Shown here: positions 27,197-41,442 of the stretch, piece by piece
Numbering within the stretch: the first letter of the stretch is position 1
How the letters are laid out: every line of letters begins with the position of its first letter
NCBI RefSeq assembly: GCF_009914755.1
Contig: NC_060937.1
From: the human T2T-CHM13v2.0 reference genome, Homo sapiens
Length of the DNA stretch: 64,000 nucleotides
Reading direction: 5' to 3' (one strand)
The notes under the pieces: model-generated
Told to the model about the DNA's origin: nothing
The model's database searches: none
Seen by the model: only the letters and a program-made list of their open reading frames with translations
Position numbers and translations under genes: made by a program

Positions 27197-27819
27197 TGTG
27201 ATAGGCAGAAGAGCATCCCCTATGGATGTCCATGGCCTAATCCGTGGCCTTTGTAAATAAATTATGTTACATGAATAAATAATTTTTCCCAATGGAATTA
27301 GATTATGGACTTTAAAGTAGGAAGACTATTGAGATTAACTGGATTGGACCAAGAAAATCACACGGGCTCCTAGAAATGAAAGAGGAAGGCAGAAGAACCG
27401 GTTAGAGAGATGTGATGACAGAAGAAAAGGAGAGATTTCTAAGTGTGAGAGAGACTCCTGAATTCCATTCATTGTTGCTGGTTTTGACAATGTAGGCAGG
27501 GACCACGAATCAGGGCATATGGGTGGTTTCTAAAAGCTCGAAACAGCCCTCAGCAAACAGACAGAAAGAAATTGGGGGACTCAATTCTACAACTGCCAAG
27601 AACCAAATTCTAGCAACAGCTTCAATGTGCGGAAAAATGGATTCTCCCCTAAAGCCCTCAGAAAGTCAGAAATGAACACAGCCTGACAACAGCTTGGTCT
27701 TAGCCCAGGGAAAGCCATGTCAGAGTTCTCACATACAGAAATGTAAAGTAATAAAATTTGTGTTTTTAATCTTCCAAATTTGTGGAAATTTCTTATGGAA
27801 GAAATAGAAAACTAAAATG
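27197..27819 (+). mobile_element. MLT1E-type MaLR solo LTR
   Basis: tgtgataggcagaa...atagaaaactaaaatg, with TSD tagac/tagat. Confidence 0.75.
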
Positions 27820-28281
27820 TAGATCTTATCACTACTAAATTTAATACTGATTTGAAGGATACAGGCAAGAACTAAGCAGAGATAAAATAGTCCTCTATGG
27901 AGGACACTGCATCTGTAAATTTTCGTTTCCAAAAAGAATGTTCTTTTTTTTTTCAGTGTTTGAAAGCACTTGGATATCAAATTAACAGGAGATTTTTGAA
28001 CAATGTACAGTATATGTAAATAGTATACTCAGAGAAATTTTGGTTTTGGGGCTCCCCAATACTATAACTCATTTGTTACACAGTAGAAATGTATATATTT
28101 CTAAAATTTGATTTAACTTATATTTAAAATTTGGATATGTAGACCTATATATAATAATTTATCATTTTCATAAAGTTCTCAATCTTTTAGAATGCCATGG
28201 ATAGAATTTGCTTCACAAATAGGTTAGAATATTTTTTCTTTAGCTTTTTAGAACTTCATGTATAAAATAGGGTTCTAATTC

Positions 28282-28549
<268 letters not shown>

Positions 28550-28968
28550 CTATGTGTACAGACCTACAAAATGCCAAATATGTGCATTTATGTATATATA
28601 TTACAGATAAATATGTAAAGCATACATTTTATCCTCAAATTTGGATTTATTTGTTTTAAACAAGTTTTATGGGCTAATAATCCCATTTCTTTGTGATGAA
28701 TAATTTTTTATTTTGAAGTATTTGCAACAGAAGCTCTCCTGACTCCCAGTGATCCTATAAAATGGCCATAATTTAGTGGATTTTAATTAGCTGGCACTTG
28801 GGTTCAGGAAATTTTAGATACTTGTCAAACAAAACTTTAAAAATGTTTCATAATCTGTAAAAATTAACTTATCATTTTTGTTATTAAATTTAACTTAAAA
28901 ATTGACTTTCATTTATATTATTTAATTTATATTGAGTTATCTAAATACACAGCACATTATTGCAATTA

Positions 28969-29421
<453 letters not shown>

Positions 29422-29720
29422 TCACATTTGTCCTCGCTAAAAATTTATTTGTTATGCAATTAGAAACATTTATCTATTCAGTCAGTAAAAAGAATTTATG
29501 AGTGTCTGGGTTAAATAAATATTTAAAAATTAATTAAAGAGGGTGTGTTTAGCTATGCTATATTTAAAATAGTCAAATCAGGCATGCCAAATATTTGGGT
29601 AAAATAATATTTTTGAATGTCCATGTCTTTAACTACCTTAAAATCCACTAAAATAAGTGTTATTTTCCATTATTGCTCTTGTTTATATTATGAAGATTTG
29701 GGATTTTTATATACTCTTTT

Positions 29721-30035
29721 ATTTTAAAAATTTATTGATGTATTTATTTTGAGACAGAGTCTTACTCTGTTGGCCAGGCTGGAGTGCAAAGTTGTGATCA
29801 TGGCTCACTGCAGCCTCGAACTCTCATGCTCAAGCGATTCTCTCACTTCAGCCTCTGTAGTAGCTAGGACTACAGGCATGAGCCACAACACTTAACTAAA
29901 TTTTAATTGAATTTTAAAAAACTAAAGGCCTCTCTATATTGCCCAGGCTGGTCTTGAACTCCTGAGCTCACCCAATCCTCCCACCTCAGCCGTCCAAAGT
30001 GCTGAGATTACAGGTGTGAGCCACTGCATTCAGCT
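29721..30035 (-). mobile_element. AluJ
   Basis: J-type motifs (gatcatggctcactgcagcctcgaac). TSD tactctttt. Confidence 0.88.
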
Positions 30036-31302
30036 TTACTCTTTTTTTAAATTATCATTACAGATTTCACTTTAAATTTCAAGTACTAATGGAACAAGCA
30101 TATTACATGTCCAACTTATTGACTGATACTGGAGGATCTCCTATCTTAATTTGTTACAGAAAAATGATTTGCAATATAAAAATTATTCTCAGATTTTAAA
30201 ACTGAAACATTATTTCAAAACAGACACAAAAAGGAAATATGTCTAAAGAATTAATTCACCAAAAAAACCTGCTAAAATGACTAAACTGATTAAGGATCAC
30301 TAACCAGCTAGATTACAGAATGATCACAAATCATCATTAGAGCATGACATAAGACTTCTGTGAAGCAGCCTGGTAGTCCTGTTCTTTCTGGAATTCTCAT
30401 ACTCTCCATGATAAGGTTCTGCCAAGAGATAATAATATCACATAGTCCCTCCTAAGGCTAATACTCCAGTATCATAACATTTCCCATAAAAAGCACAGTG
30501 ATGTTATAAGTGCTTCAAATGCGAAGAAACTATCCTGTGTCAAATGACAATAAAATAGTTACTTTTCAGTGAATCTGCTGGAGAAAATAACAATCATCTT
30601 TATCTATGTTGTTAGCATGCTCTAAAAATCATATTTATTTATTTTTCTAAACATGAAATTGTGATGTGTAGTAAATATTATAAATTCTTATTTTAAAATG
30701 TAAACAATAGATAATATTTATGTCCAGTAGGCCAAATATATTTGAAAGCACATTTTTCAGCCCACTTCACAAGAAGAGGTAACACTACTCAGAATCAGGT
30801 ATTGTAATAAGAATCATTCTAATTTTTAATGGCTAAGTTTATGGGTAGTATTATCATTATTTATTTTTCCATGACTAATTTAAATTTCTTCAGTGGTTTG
30901 TGAAAAAAAAATGGGGGTTTCAAATAGGCATTCATATCAGTCCTTGGACAGATATGTAGCTCAGCTCCTTTTATAACTTTTAGAATGTATGTGGCTTATT
31001 TCCCAGAAATGGTAGGCTGACCTAGCTGGAAAACAAAGATATGTCAACATTTTTAGCTTTCAGGTCTGTAAACTTGATCTTTGATATTTATTTCTTAAGC
31101 TTATACAACTGTGCCAGTTTGCAATGAAGGACATCTATACCTCAGATATTTCTTTAAAATATCCTGTTAAATAGTATCTATTGCAGAAAAGTCTCGTCCA
31201 TATTACTTGCAGTAGGTAGGTCAAATTATATATTTTAAGAGAACTATAATTGCCTTTTCTTTGAGAACCTGTAAGTAAATAAAATGAAAAAGACCTTCTC
31301 TC

Positions 31303-31303
<1 letters not shown>

Positions 31304-31343
<40 letters not shown>
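31304..31343. repeat. (CA)n microsatellite
   Basis: Direct inspection. Confidence 0.95.
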
Positions 31344-31344
<1 letters not shown>

Positions 31345-32360
31345 TCTACACTGGTGAGGTTTAGATGGTGATAAGATCAAATCTATTCTGTAAAACAAGA
31401 CGATGGGAAATGGATAAGATCACTGTATAATATATGGTGTTATCATGAAATGGCACGTTATTCCAGATTTGCTGAAGATCAAACTGAATCCATTTTTATT
31501 TCCTGGAAAGCCACTGTAAAAAAGATTCAAGAGTCCACTGATGATTTAATAATAGTAGCATACTATGCACATATTGATAACCACTTTCTTTTCAAAAGTG
31601 ACATGTCTGGAACCCAAAAATATGAGAATTTATTGCTTGGGTTGGGAGAATAAGGAGCCAGAACTATAAAAATTAACATATTTTTTATTGTAACGTTCCC
31701 CATACTGCTGTTGGTGTGGCATGCTAAACATAATTAGCTTATGCAAATACATGAGGTAAGAGTAAGATTGCATTCTTAAAATCTTGGAATCCACTTAAAA
31801 GCTGTCTATATGACCTAAGAGATGATATAAGGGACATTTTTAGATTTTCTTTATGTTTTTAACATTTCTGTTTCTATCAACTTAAACCTCCCAAAACTCT
31901 GTATTTGGTTTAGTGTGCTCTAGCTCTCTATAGCAGTCTGTTGGCATGGCTATGATTCCACAAAATATGCATTGGAATCGATGAAATTCATTAGAAAGCA
32001 TGTCTACCTTATGCATGCTCTGCAAAAATGAAATTGAGTATAATGTTTATTATGTTACTTTATAAAATGACCCATGTGCTACTTTTATTTTTAATGAGAT
32101 TTAATGCCAGGGAAAATTTTGTCTCTACAGAAAAACAAAACAAATTCTACAAAACTAAAAGCATGTGACACATTAAACCAATTTTATTTGTAATAAATTT
32201 ATAATAATTAAATATTAACTAAAATATTAAATATTATTTACAATAATAATAATGAAACATTTCTTCTCTTTATGGCTTGGGTTGCAGAAAGCTAAAAACA
32301 AAATTAATCTTCTAATTTGATTAGTTTGCCAAACATTTACCTGTTAAATTAGTTATTTAT

Positions 32361-32696
32361 TGATATGATTTGGCTGTGTCCCCACCCAAATCTCAACTTG
32401 AATTGTATCTCCCAGAATTCCCATGTGTTGTGGGAGTGACCCAGATGGAGGTAACTTCCCGTGCTATTCTTCTGATAGTGAATAAGTCTCATGAGATCTG
32501 ATGGGTTATCAGTAGTTTCCCCATTTGCTTCTTCCTCATTTTTTCTCCTGTTGCTGCCATGTAAGAAGTACCTTTCACCTCCCACCATGATTCTGAGGCC
32601 TCTCCAGCCATGTGGAACTGTTAAGTCCCATTAAACTTCTTTTTTTCCCCAGACTTGAGTATGTCTTTATCAGCAGCATGAAAATGGACTAATACA
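32361..32696 (+). mobile_element. THE1A MaLR solo LTR
   Basis: tgatatgatttggctgtgtccccacccaaatctcaacttgaattgtatctcccagaattccc...ggactaataca, with a ~20-bp internal deletion near 32455. Confidence 0.88.
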
Positions 32697-32928
32697 ACTA
32701 TATAGTCATGGCATTGTGTTTTATATTTATTTAATATAAGTATATATTTTATGTTTTATATTATTTCATCTAATGTGCCATATGCCTCAGAAACTTGATT
32801 CGTAAAGGTATAGTGTCTATTTCAATAAAAATATGTGTCTCTTCGCCAAATCAGCAAAACACTTTTTAGCTATTAAGCTCATATTTTATATTATTGGATC
32901 TTACATTGCATTGATAGCTTATGCAATG

Positions 32929-33089
32929 ATACCTAATGTAAATGACGAGTTAATGGGTGCAGCACACCAACATGGCACATGTATACATATGTAACAAACC
33001 TGCATTTTGTGCACATGTACCCTAGAACTTAAAGTATAATAATAAAAAATAATAATAAAATAAAGTCATTACATAGGTTAAAAAAAAAA
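32929..33089 (+). mobile_element. Extremely 5'-truncated young L1PA (PA3-5-like) 3' end
   Basis: atacctaatgtaaatgacgagttaatgggtgcagcacaccaacatggcacatgtatac...cttaaagtataataata plus A-rich tail. Confidence 0.88.
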
Positions 33090-34041
33090 GATACACTAAT
33101 ATTCTGTAACATGCATTTTTTATGACCAATTCATTAATCTTTTAATATTTATTTATTTAGAAATATAATTGGGAGACATCTGCTGCATATAAAACTATTT
33201 CACACTAAGTTTTTAAGAATGCATTCAACATATTTAAGAAATATTTTACTAATATTTAAGAATGTATTGATTTTTCTAAATATTATAATTTGTTCTATAT
33301 CTCATATAACACTTCAATATGTATTTATTAACCATGTAATTACTTTGTGTTTATTTACATACATACATAGTGGAAAATTTATTTTTTACTATAGGTGTAA
33401 GAGAGAGCCAGCCAAGTATGTGTACACACACAGAAAGAGTTTAATTTTTACAAAGATAGTGCAAGTGTTTACATCTTAAATGAAAAACCTCATCTTCCTT
33501 AAACAAACATATTTTAGGGTAAAATGAACAAAATCCTTTTATTGAAACATATAAAGTTATCAATATGGTAAAAAAACAAATAGGATACTAGAAATTTCAT
33601 TTGGCTCAATCTAATATAACATTCTCAAACAAATATATTCTGTCAATTCCGTGGTTGCCATTCTTGCTGCTAAAGGTTAATAAATGATTAAACAATAGTT
33701 TACAGTTAATTTGAAAAAATTAAAGAGCTCAACTGTAATTAAGAATGAGAATATTTTAGTAGTTAATCATAAATAATACCTTTATTCTACCTGGGTGGTC
33801 TCTTGATTCATACACTTCCTGTGGTCACTGGTATGTAAATAGTTCCTTTTTGTGCTTTATGTAATTGAGGGTATTTTCAATAAAGTACTTGATTATTTTA
33901 GCAAAAAAAATGTATTGTCATTTTATGTTTTTATAAAATATAGTTGTAATAAATTTTAAACAAAGATCAAATAAATTAAAATCTATTATATATATAAACA
34001 TTTATAAATAAATGTTTTTATATAAATATATATAAAAAATA

Positions 34042-34358
34042 GGCCAGGCGCTGTGGCTCACGCCTGTAATCTCAGCCCTTTGGGAGGCCAATGTGGGCGG
34101 ATCATGAGGTCAGGAGTTCGAGACCAGCCTGGCCAACATGGTGAAGCCCCATCTCTACTAAAAATACAAAAAATTAGCTGGGCCTGGTGGCACATGCCTG
34201 TAACCCCAGCTATTCAGGAGGCTGAGGCAGGAGAATCGCTTGAACCCAGGAGGTGGCGGTTGCAGTAAGTGAAGACCCACGCCATTGCACTCCAGCCTGG
34301 GCAACAGAGCAAGACTCTGTCTCAAAAAATAAAACAAAATGAAGTAAAATAAAATAAA
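34042..34358 (+). mobile_element. AluSg-like
   Basis: ggatcatgaggtcaggagttcgagaccagcctggccaac and an (A4-5N)n tail. Confidence 0.88.
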
Positions 34359-34478
34359 CATTTCCATACTTACCAGGCAATTTATGTATGTCATGGAGTA
34401 CAGTTTCCAAAATTGCATTGCTTTTTATCAACATATTCACTGTGTATGTTGATGGTAACAATAAAGAAAAAGAAACAG

Positions 34479-34778
34479 GGCCAGGCGTTGCAGCTCACGC
34501 CTGTAATCCCAGCACTTTGGGAGGCCAAGGCAGGCGAATCATTTGAGGTCAGGAGTTTGAGACCAGCCTGGCCAACATGGTGAGACCTCATCTCTACTAA
34601 AAATACCAAAATTAGCCAGGCGTACTGGTGTGCACCTGTAATCCCAGCTACTCAGGAGGCTGAGGCTGGAGAATCACTTGAACCCGGGAGACGATGGCTG
34701 CAGTGAGCCAAGACTGTGCCACTGTACTCCATCCTGGGTGACAGAGTGAGACTGTCTCAAAAAGAAGAAAAAGAAACA
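34479..34778 (+). mobile_element. AluS (Sx/Sz)
   Basis: Full-length Alu with TSD aagaaaaagaaaca. Confidence 0.9.
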
Positions 34779-34863
34779 AACCTAGAATTTGTTGATTCAC
34801 AAATATGTCATCAACACAATAATTATTAATCTTTCTATTGTAAGCAAGTAGGTAATTGGATAC

Positions 34864-35226
34864 TGTCTTAATTTGTTCCGGGTGATATAACAAAATACCA
34901 TAAACCAAATATCTTATAAACAACAGAAATGTGTTACTCAGAGTTCTGGTTTCTGGGAATTCCAAGACCAAGACACAGGCATATTTGGTGTCTGATGAGA
35001 GCCTGCTTTCTGGTTCATGTAAACACCACCTTCTCCTGAGGAAACAACTGTGTTTTCATGTGCTAGAATGTATTTTCATGTTCAGAGACAGCTCTCTGAA
35101 GCCTAGTTTTTAGGAGCACTAATCCCATTCATGAAGGCCTCATGACCTAATTACCTCCCACAGCACCCACCTCCTAATGACTTTACATTGGTGATTAGGT
35201 TTTTGACATATGAATTTTAGGAAACA
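34864..35226 (-). mobile_element. MLT1A0-like MaLR LTR (terminus missing)
   Basis: tgtcttaatttgttccggg...gcactaatcccattcatgaaggcctcatgacctaattacctccc...catatgaattttagg. Confidence 0.75.
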
Positions 35227-35527
35227 TGACACAGTTTGGATGTTTGTTCCCTCCAAATCACATGTTAAAATGTGATCTCCAATGTTAAAGACAGGGCCTA
35301 AGAGGAGGTATTTGGGTCATAGGGGCAGATCCCTTATGAATGGCTTGGTGATCCCTCAATAGTAATGAGTTCTCTGAGATGTGGTTATTAAAAGGAGTCT
35401 AGTATTGCCCCTCTCTCTCTTGCTCCCTCTCTTGCCATGTGACACATGTACCCCTACTCCTGCTATGCCTTCTACCATGAGTAAAAGCTTCCTGAAGCCC
35501 TCACCAGAAGCAAATGCTGACATCATG
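35227..35527 (+). mobile_element. MSTB MaLR LTR, 5' ~300 bp only
   Basis: tgacacagtttggatgtttgttccctccaaatcacatg...gccctcaccagaagcaaatgctgacatcatg, cut off by THE1. Confidence 0.8.
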
Positions 35528-37796
35528 TGTATTAGTCCACTTTCATGCTGCTGATAAAGACATACCAAAGTCTGGGAAGAAAAAGAGGTTTAATGGACTT
35601 ACAGTTCCACATGGCTGGAGAGGCCTCACAATCATGGTGGAAGGCAAGGAGAGGAGCAAGTCAAAACTTAAATGGATGACGGCAGGCAAGAGCGAGAGCT
35701 AGTGCAAAGAGACTCCCATTTTCAAAACCATCAGATCTCATGAGACTCATTCACTATCATGGGAACAGCACAGGAAAGACCTACCCCTACAATTCAATCA
35801 CCTTTCACTGGGTCCCTCCCATGACACATGGGAATTGAGGGAGTTACAGTTCAAGATGAGATTTGGGTGGGTACACAGCCAAACCATATCGTTCTGTTCC
35901 TGGCCCCTCCCAAATCTCATGTCTTCACATTTCAAAACCAATCCTGCCTTTCCAACAGTCCCTCAAAGTCTTAATTCATTTTAGCATTAAATCAAAAATC
36001 CACAGTCCAAAGTTTCATCTGAGACAAGACACGTCCCTTCCGCCTATGAGCCTGTAAAATCAAAAGCAAGTTAGTTTCTCCATAGATACAATAGGGTACA
36101 GGCATTGGGTAAATACAGCCATTCCAAATGGGAGAAATTGGCCAAAACAAAGGGGCTACAGGCCCCATGCAGGTCCCAAATCCAGCAGGGCAGTAAAATC
36201 TTAAACCTTCAAAATGATCACCTTTGACTCCATGTCTCACATTTGGGTCACACTGATGCACTAGGTAGGTTCCCATAGTCTTGGGCAGCTCTGCCCCTGT
36301 GGCTTTGCAGGGTACAGCCTCCCTCCCAGCTGGTGTTGTGTCTACATCTTTCCAGGCACATAGTGCAAGCTGTTGGTGGGTCTACCATTCTGGGGTCTGG
36401 AGGACAGATGGTGGCCCTCTTCTCACAGCTCCATTAGGCAGTGCCCCAGTAGGGACTCTGTGTAGGAGCTCCAGCCTGAGATTTCCCTTCCACAGTGCCC
36501 TAGCAGAGGTTCTCCGTGAGAACCCCATCCCTGCAGCAAACTTCTGCCTGGACAACCAGGCATTTCCATACATCCAATGAAATCTAGGTGGAGGTTTCCA
36601 AACTTCAATTCTTGACTTCTGTGCACCACAGGCTCAACACCACGTGGAAGCTGCCAAGGCTTGAGGCTGGCACCCTCTGAAGCCATGGCCCGAGCTGTAC
36701 CTTGGCCCCTTTTGGTCATGGCTGGAGTGGCTGGGATGCAGGGCAGCACACAGCAAAGAGACCCTGGGCCTGGCCTATGAAACCATTTTATTCCTCCTAG
36801 GCCTCTGGGCCTGTGATGGGAGTGGCTGCCATGAAGACTTCTGACATGCCCTGGAGACATTTTCCCCATTGTCTTGGGGATTAACATTTGACTCCTCATT
36901 ACTTATGCAAATTTCTGCAGTTGGCTTGAATTTCTCCTCAGAAAATGAGATTTTCTCCTTTATTGCATTGTCAGGTTGCAAATTTTCTAAACTTTTATGC
37001 TCTGCTTCCCTTATAAAACTGAATGCCTATAACAGCACCCAAGTCTCATCTTGAATGCTTTGCTGCTTAGAAATTTCCTCTGCCAGATACCCTAAATCAT
37101 CTCTCTCAAGTTCAAGGTTCCACAGATCTCCAGGGCAGGGACAAAGTGCCACCAGTCTCTTTGCTAAAACATAACAAGAGTCACCTTTGCTCCAGTTCCC
37201 AACAAGTTCCTCATCTCCATCTAAGACTACCTCAACCTGGACCTTACTGTTCATATCACTATCGGCATTTTTGTCAAAGCCATTCAACCAATCTCTAGGA
37301 AGTTCCAAATTTTCCCACATTTTCCTGTGTTCTTCTGAGCCCTCCAAACTGTTTCAGCCTCTGCTTGTTACCCAGTTCCAAAGTCACTTCCACATTTTCA
37401 GGTATCTTTTCAGCAGCACCCACTCTACTGGTACTTATTTACTGCGTTAGTCTATTTTCATGCTGCTGATAAAGACATATCCAAGACTGGAAAAAAAAGA
37501 GGTTTAATGGACTTACAGTTCCACATGGCTGGGGAGACCACACAATCTTGGTGGAAGGTAAGGAGGAGCAAGTCTCCTCCTTGGATTGTGGCAGGCAAGA
37601 GAGAGAGCTTGTGCAGGGAGACTCCCGTTTTTAAAACCATCAGACCTCATGAAACTCAATCACTATCATGAGAACAATAATGGGTAGACCTGCCCCCATG
37701 ATTCAGTCATCTCCCACAAGGTCCCTTCCACAATATGTGGGAATTATGGGAGTTACAAGGCGAGATTTGGGTGGGGACACAGAGAAAACCATATCA
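35528..37796 (-). mobile_element. THE1A/B MaLR provirus: LTR 35528-35891, THE1-int 35892-37442, LTR 37443-37796
   Basis: Two THE1 LTRs flank a 1.55-kb internal region with MaLR gag-like ORF remnants (MEGSEEHRKMWENLELPRDWLNGFDKNADSD). Flanks do not form a TSD. Confidence 0.93.
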
Positions 37797-37880
37797 CACA
37801 GTAATAACACATATGAAGCCAACCATTTCACTTTCATAGATATAGAAATTGAGACTGAGCCTATTAAGTGATAGAGCTGT
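37797..37880 (-). mobile_element. MIR fragment
   Basis: cacagtaataacacatatgaag...ctttcatagatatagaaattgagactgagcctattaagtga resembles the MIR core. Confidence 0.5.
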
Positions 37881-40800
37881 GCTCACATCTATGTTTACAT
37901 CACTTGGAAGTTTCTGTTTTTTTGCAAACACACTATAGTTGTTTAGTGTGCAAAAAATACAATGGATTTTCTATCAATTATAATATACATTCTGATAGAA
38001 CAATGGTAGATTTTGCAATATAACCTACCTGGAGAGAATAGTAACGTCTTAACCTTAGTTTTAATACTTCCAATATGTTTTATTTATGAATTATTTTATT
38101 ACAATAGATTGTTCTTTAAATCATTTTTATGGTTTTTATTTTATTTGAACATTTTTGGAAGTGGTTTATATACATGCCTTCTTGGTGCTTTGCTTTGCTT
38201 CTTATTTCCTTTACTTTATTATTTCTTGAAACTTCCCTGCTATCTTATAGCAAAACTCGATGTTCTCACTTAAACATTAGATCTAACCACATTCTAGTTG
38301 GCCTTGCAGCTATCTGCAGATGATTCTATATCTGTCTTAGAAACACAGATAGATCAATGCATCTTTTTAAGCATGACCATCATCTTGTTTTCTGTTACAA
38401 CTTAATATATATTTCTTCTCTATGCTTTAGGATCTTGACTTGTTTTCCTTTTTGCTTCATGCGAGATATTTACCAAGTCCTATGAAAATCATATTTTTCA
38501 AGGATTTTTTTCCATGCAGTTTTAAAAAACAAATGAGTAAAATGGAGTGGGGATTCATAGAGACAGGTGCTGCAGAAATCCCTGGCTTGGTTGTTCTGAT
38601 TGGCATTTATAAATCTTATAAAAGTAATTTGCTTAATTTTAATTTTGCCTTTCCAGGGCATCCATGAAGCTGACAAAATATGATTCAGAGCAAAGATATA
38701 TTATTTTCTTCCTCTCTCTTTTCAGAGGTAAAGCTGCTTTTAATGCTTCATTTGGGTACAGAACTAAAAAGACTTAAAAGTCACGTTATTATGAAAAAGA
38801 GAAGAACACAACTGTCTAATTGTTCACAGGAAATGTGTAGAAAACAGCAACTCTCTGACGTATCTTCTGAGTTTTTGGTAGTTTTATGTTTACGCAAGGC
38901 TATAAAGTGATGAAACCAACAAAAGGGATGTACGGTTGACTTCATGTTCCATACTGTGAACAGGAGGGATACTCCTTTCAAAAATGTTTCTCCATCACCA
39001 ACCTCTGATACTCTTAAGATTAGAAACATGAAAATCACCATACTTTTCCTTTTTCATGTAGGTTAACTGATGCCCAGGTTGTGCCATTCAATGTTTTGCT
39101 TTCCTTGAAGGCATTTGGAGGCTTTCAAACAGGTTTCATAATTCAGGCAATGTCAATATAATTTCAAAGCTACAAAAAAATATCTGTCACATATAAATGT
39201 CTAAGGTAGAATAGACTGTTTAGGCAGACAGTTGTAGATTTTTATTTCAGGGAAATGTAAAATAGCATCTTCTTAATGTGTGTCTTGGACTATAGTTACA
39301 TGATTCCCAAGGTGTGGTATAAACCAGGAATAAGTTGAATTTATATATTCTAGTGAATAAAGTGGGTGTGATCTACTATCAGCAAGCAGTCTTTAATTCC
39401 AGATAATGTCTTATTTAACATGCATACCTTTTGTTGTACTTATTATGAAATTCAAGCTGTTTACAAATTGCATAGCTTAAATAGCTAAAATTTAGAATAA
39501 CTCCAGTGCTTTATTTCTAATGTAAGATATTGTTTATGTTGTTTTTTTCTGATTTTTGAAAAATAAAATAATTGTATATGTAACTTCATTATAGATTGTT
39601 ATAGTATAGAAGTACCTTAGCTGCACTTTTTAAAGTTTTGGAATATAACACATTCTTTCTTTTCAATAAAAGTAACCCACTGATATTGGTTAAACTGGAA
39701 GTTATCAGAGTTACATCTTCTTACAAACAGACACTCCAACAGTAAGAACAATTCTAAATACTATATCTTACATATATACAACAAAATATTCTCAAAATAA
39801 TTATTACTGAGTTTCTCAACATTCACTTTATTTTTCTTCACATACTAGATATACAATATACATACAATTTTAAATGTACAAAATATTAAATAAAAAAGGA
39901 AAAGACAAAGACAGGTTCCAAAATCATCTCAAGAAAAGGAGTTTTGAATTATTTGAGCAGTAGCAGATTGAATGGATAAAGCTTATGACACATTATTTCT
40001 GCTTGCCAAAATTCCTATTAATTCAAATGAAAAGTATGAGATTCACTATTAGAAGAGCAAAAATATATTTACTCAGATAGTTTACATCTTAATGTTGTGC
40101 TTTGTAATTATAGCACTATATTTTCGATACACGAGAAAAATACAAAAATTACTTTCATTGAATGTTTAAAAAATATAAATTATCTGTTTTGTCATCTTAA
40201 AATGATTTTTGTGTGTCTAAAGCTATGAGGTTTTTAAAAAATATTACCACTTCAAAAATTATTTGGGAACAAGTTAAGTTATAAATTAAGATAATTAAGA
40301 TATCAAAAGAACATGTGAACATCTATCCAGTTATATGTACATCAAATAAAATACTTAATTTCATTTTAATACCTTCCTAACAAAAAATGTTTATTTTTAA
40401 ATTAAGTTAAATAAGGCTTCATATAATTAGTAATATTCAAATATGAACAAGAGAAGTAAAACATTTAGACACCTTAAGTGTTTTAGGAAAGTGTTAAGAT
40501 TTAGTTATCTGAAATATTAAGCATTTGTAATGTTGGTATTTCTTCTACAAAATAAGTTTTTCTTCAGAATTTGGAAGTTGCGAAAAACAAAACAAAACAA
40601 AAAAACAAAGAATACCTTTGCAGTTGCCTTGTCTGATAGTGGTTAGAATAAAATTTCAGTCTTTAGTCAAAGTCAAGAGTATTGCTGCAGCTAGATAAAG
40701 AAGCTATTACCCTCTAAAGACAGCTGCTTTGGGTGAATGGTTTTGTGTTTCGTTTATCATAACAATGGGTGATAAGGCTAATAAGAAGTTGTGCAGTGCT

Positions 40801-41145
40801 AATGGTGGTGATAAGAAACGACAGGACATTACTCTTGAGTAAATCCAGATATGATCAAATGTTGAATTGGCTCAGTGTTGCTGAGTAAGCTGTCCACTTT
40901 AATCACAACAACAAAAGAAAATATCTTTAATATAGAATACCTTTAGGAAAAAATAACTTGGGAGTCTGAGTATCTCTAGTTCTTAGTCTACTTTTCTACA
41001 TTGAAACATTATTTTCATAATTTAGTTTTTGACCATTTAAGTGTGTCTTGTGAATATGACAGCAAGCACTTATCAAGCAGTTTGTGTTTATGTGGTAATG
41101 CAAAGAACTCGGCCTAGAAAGGAAGAAATTAGAAGTCACAGAACT

Positions 41146-41442
41146 AGTTGGGTGTGGTGGCTCATGCCTTAATCCCAGTACTTGGGGAGGCTTAGGTGGG
41201 AGGAGTGCTTGAAGCCAGAAGTGTGAGACCAGCTTGGGCAACATAGTGAGACCCTGTCTCTGTGAAGAAAAAAAAAAAAAATTAGCTGGGCATTGTGGTG
41301 CGTGCCTGTAGTCCCCACTACTCAGGAGGCTGAGGTAGGAGGATCAGTTGGGTCTAGGAGTTCGAGGCTGCAGAGACCTATGATCACGCCTCTGCTCTCC
41401 AGTATGGGCAACAGGGTGAGATCCTTTCTGTCTAAAACAAAC
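41146..41442 (+). mobile_element. AluJ
   Basis: ggaggagtgcttgaagccagaagt and ttcgaggctgcag are J-type motifs. Confidence 0.88.

Noticed and set aside
35992-37450. Several 60-158 aa ORFs as a gene
   Set aside because: All lie within THE1-int and are fragmented remnants or alternative frames of the MaLR ORF.
38013-39041. Cluster of short ORFs and a ttttcag/aggtaaag splice-like motif in unique DNA
   Set aside because: No recognisable protein similarity, low-complexity hydrophobic translations and a weak donor. A lncRNA exon cannot be excluded from sequence alone.
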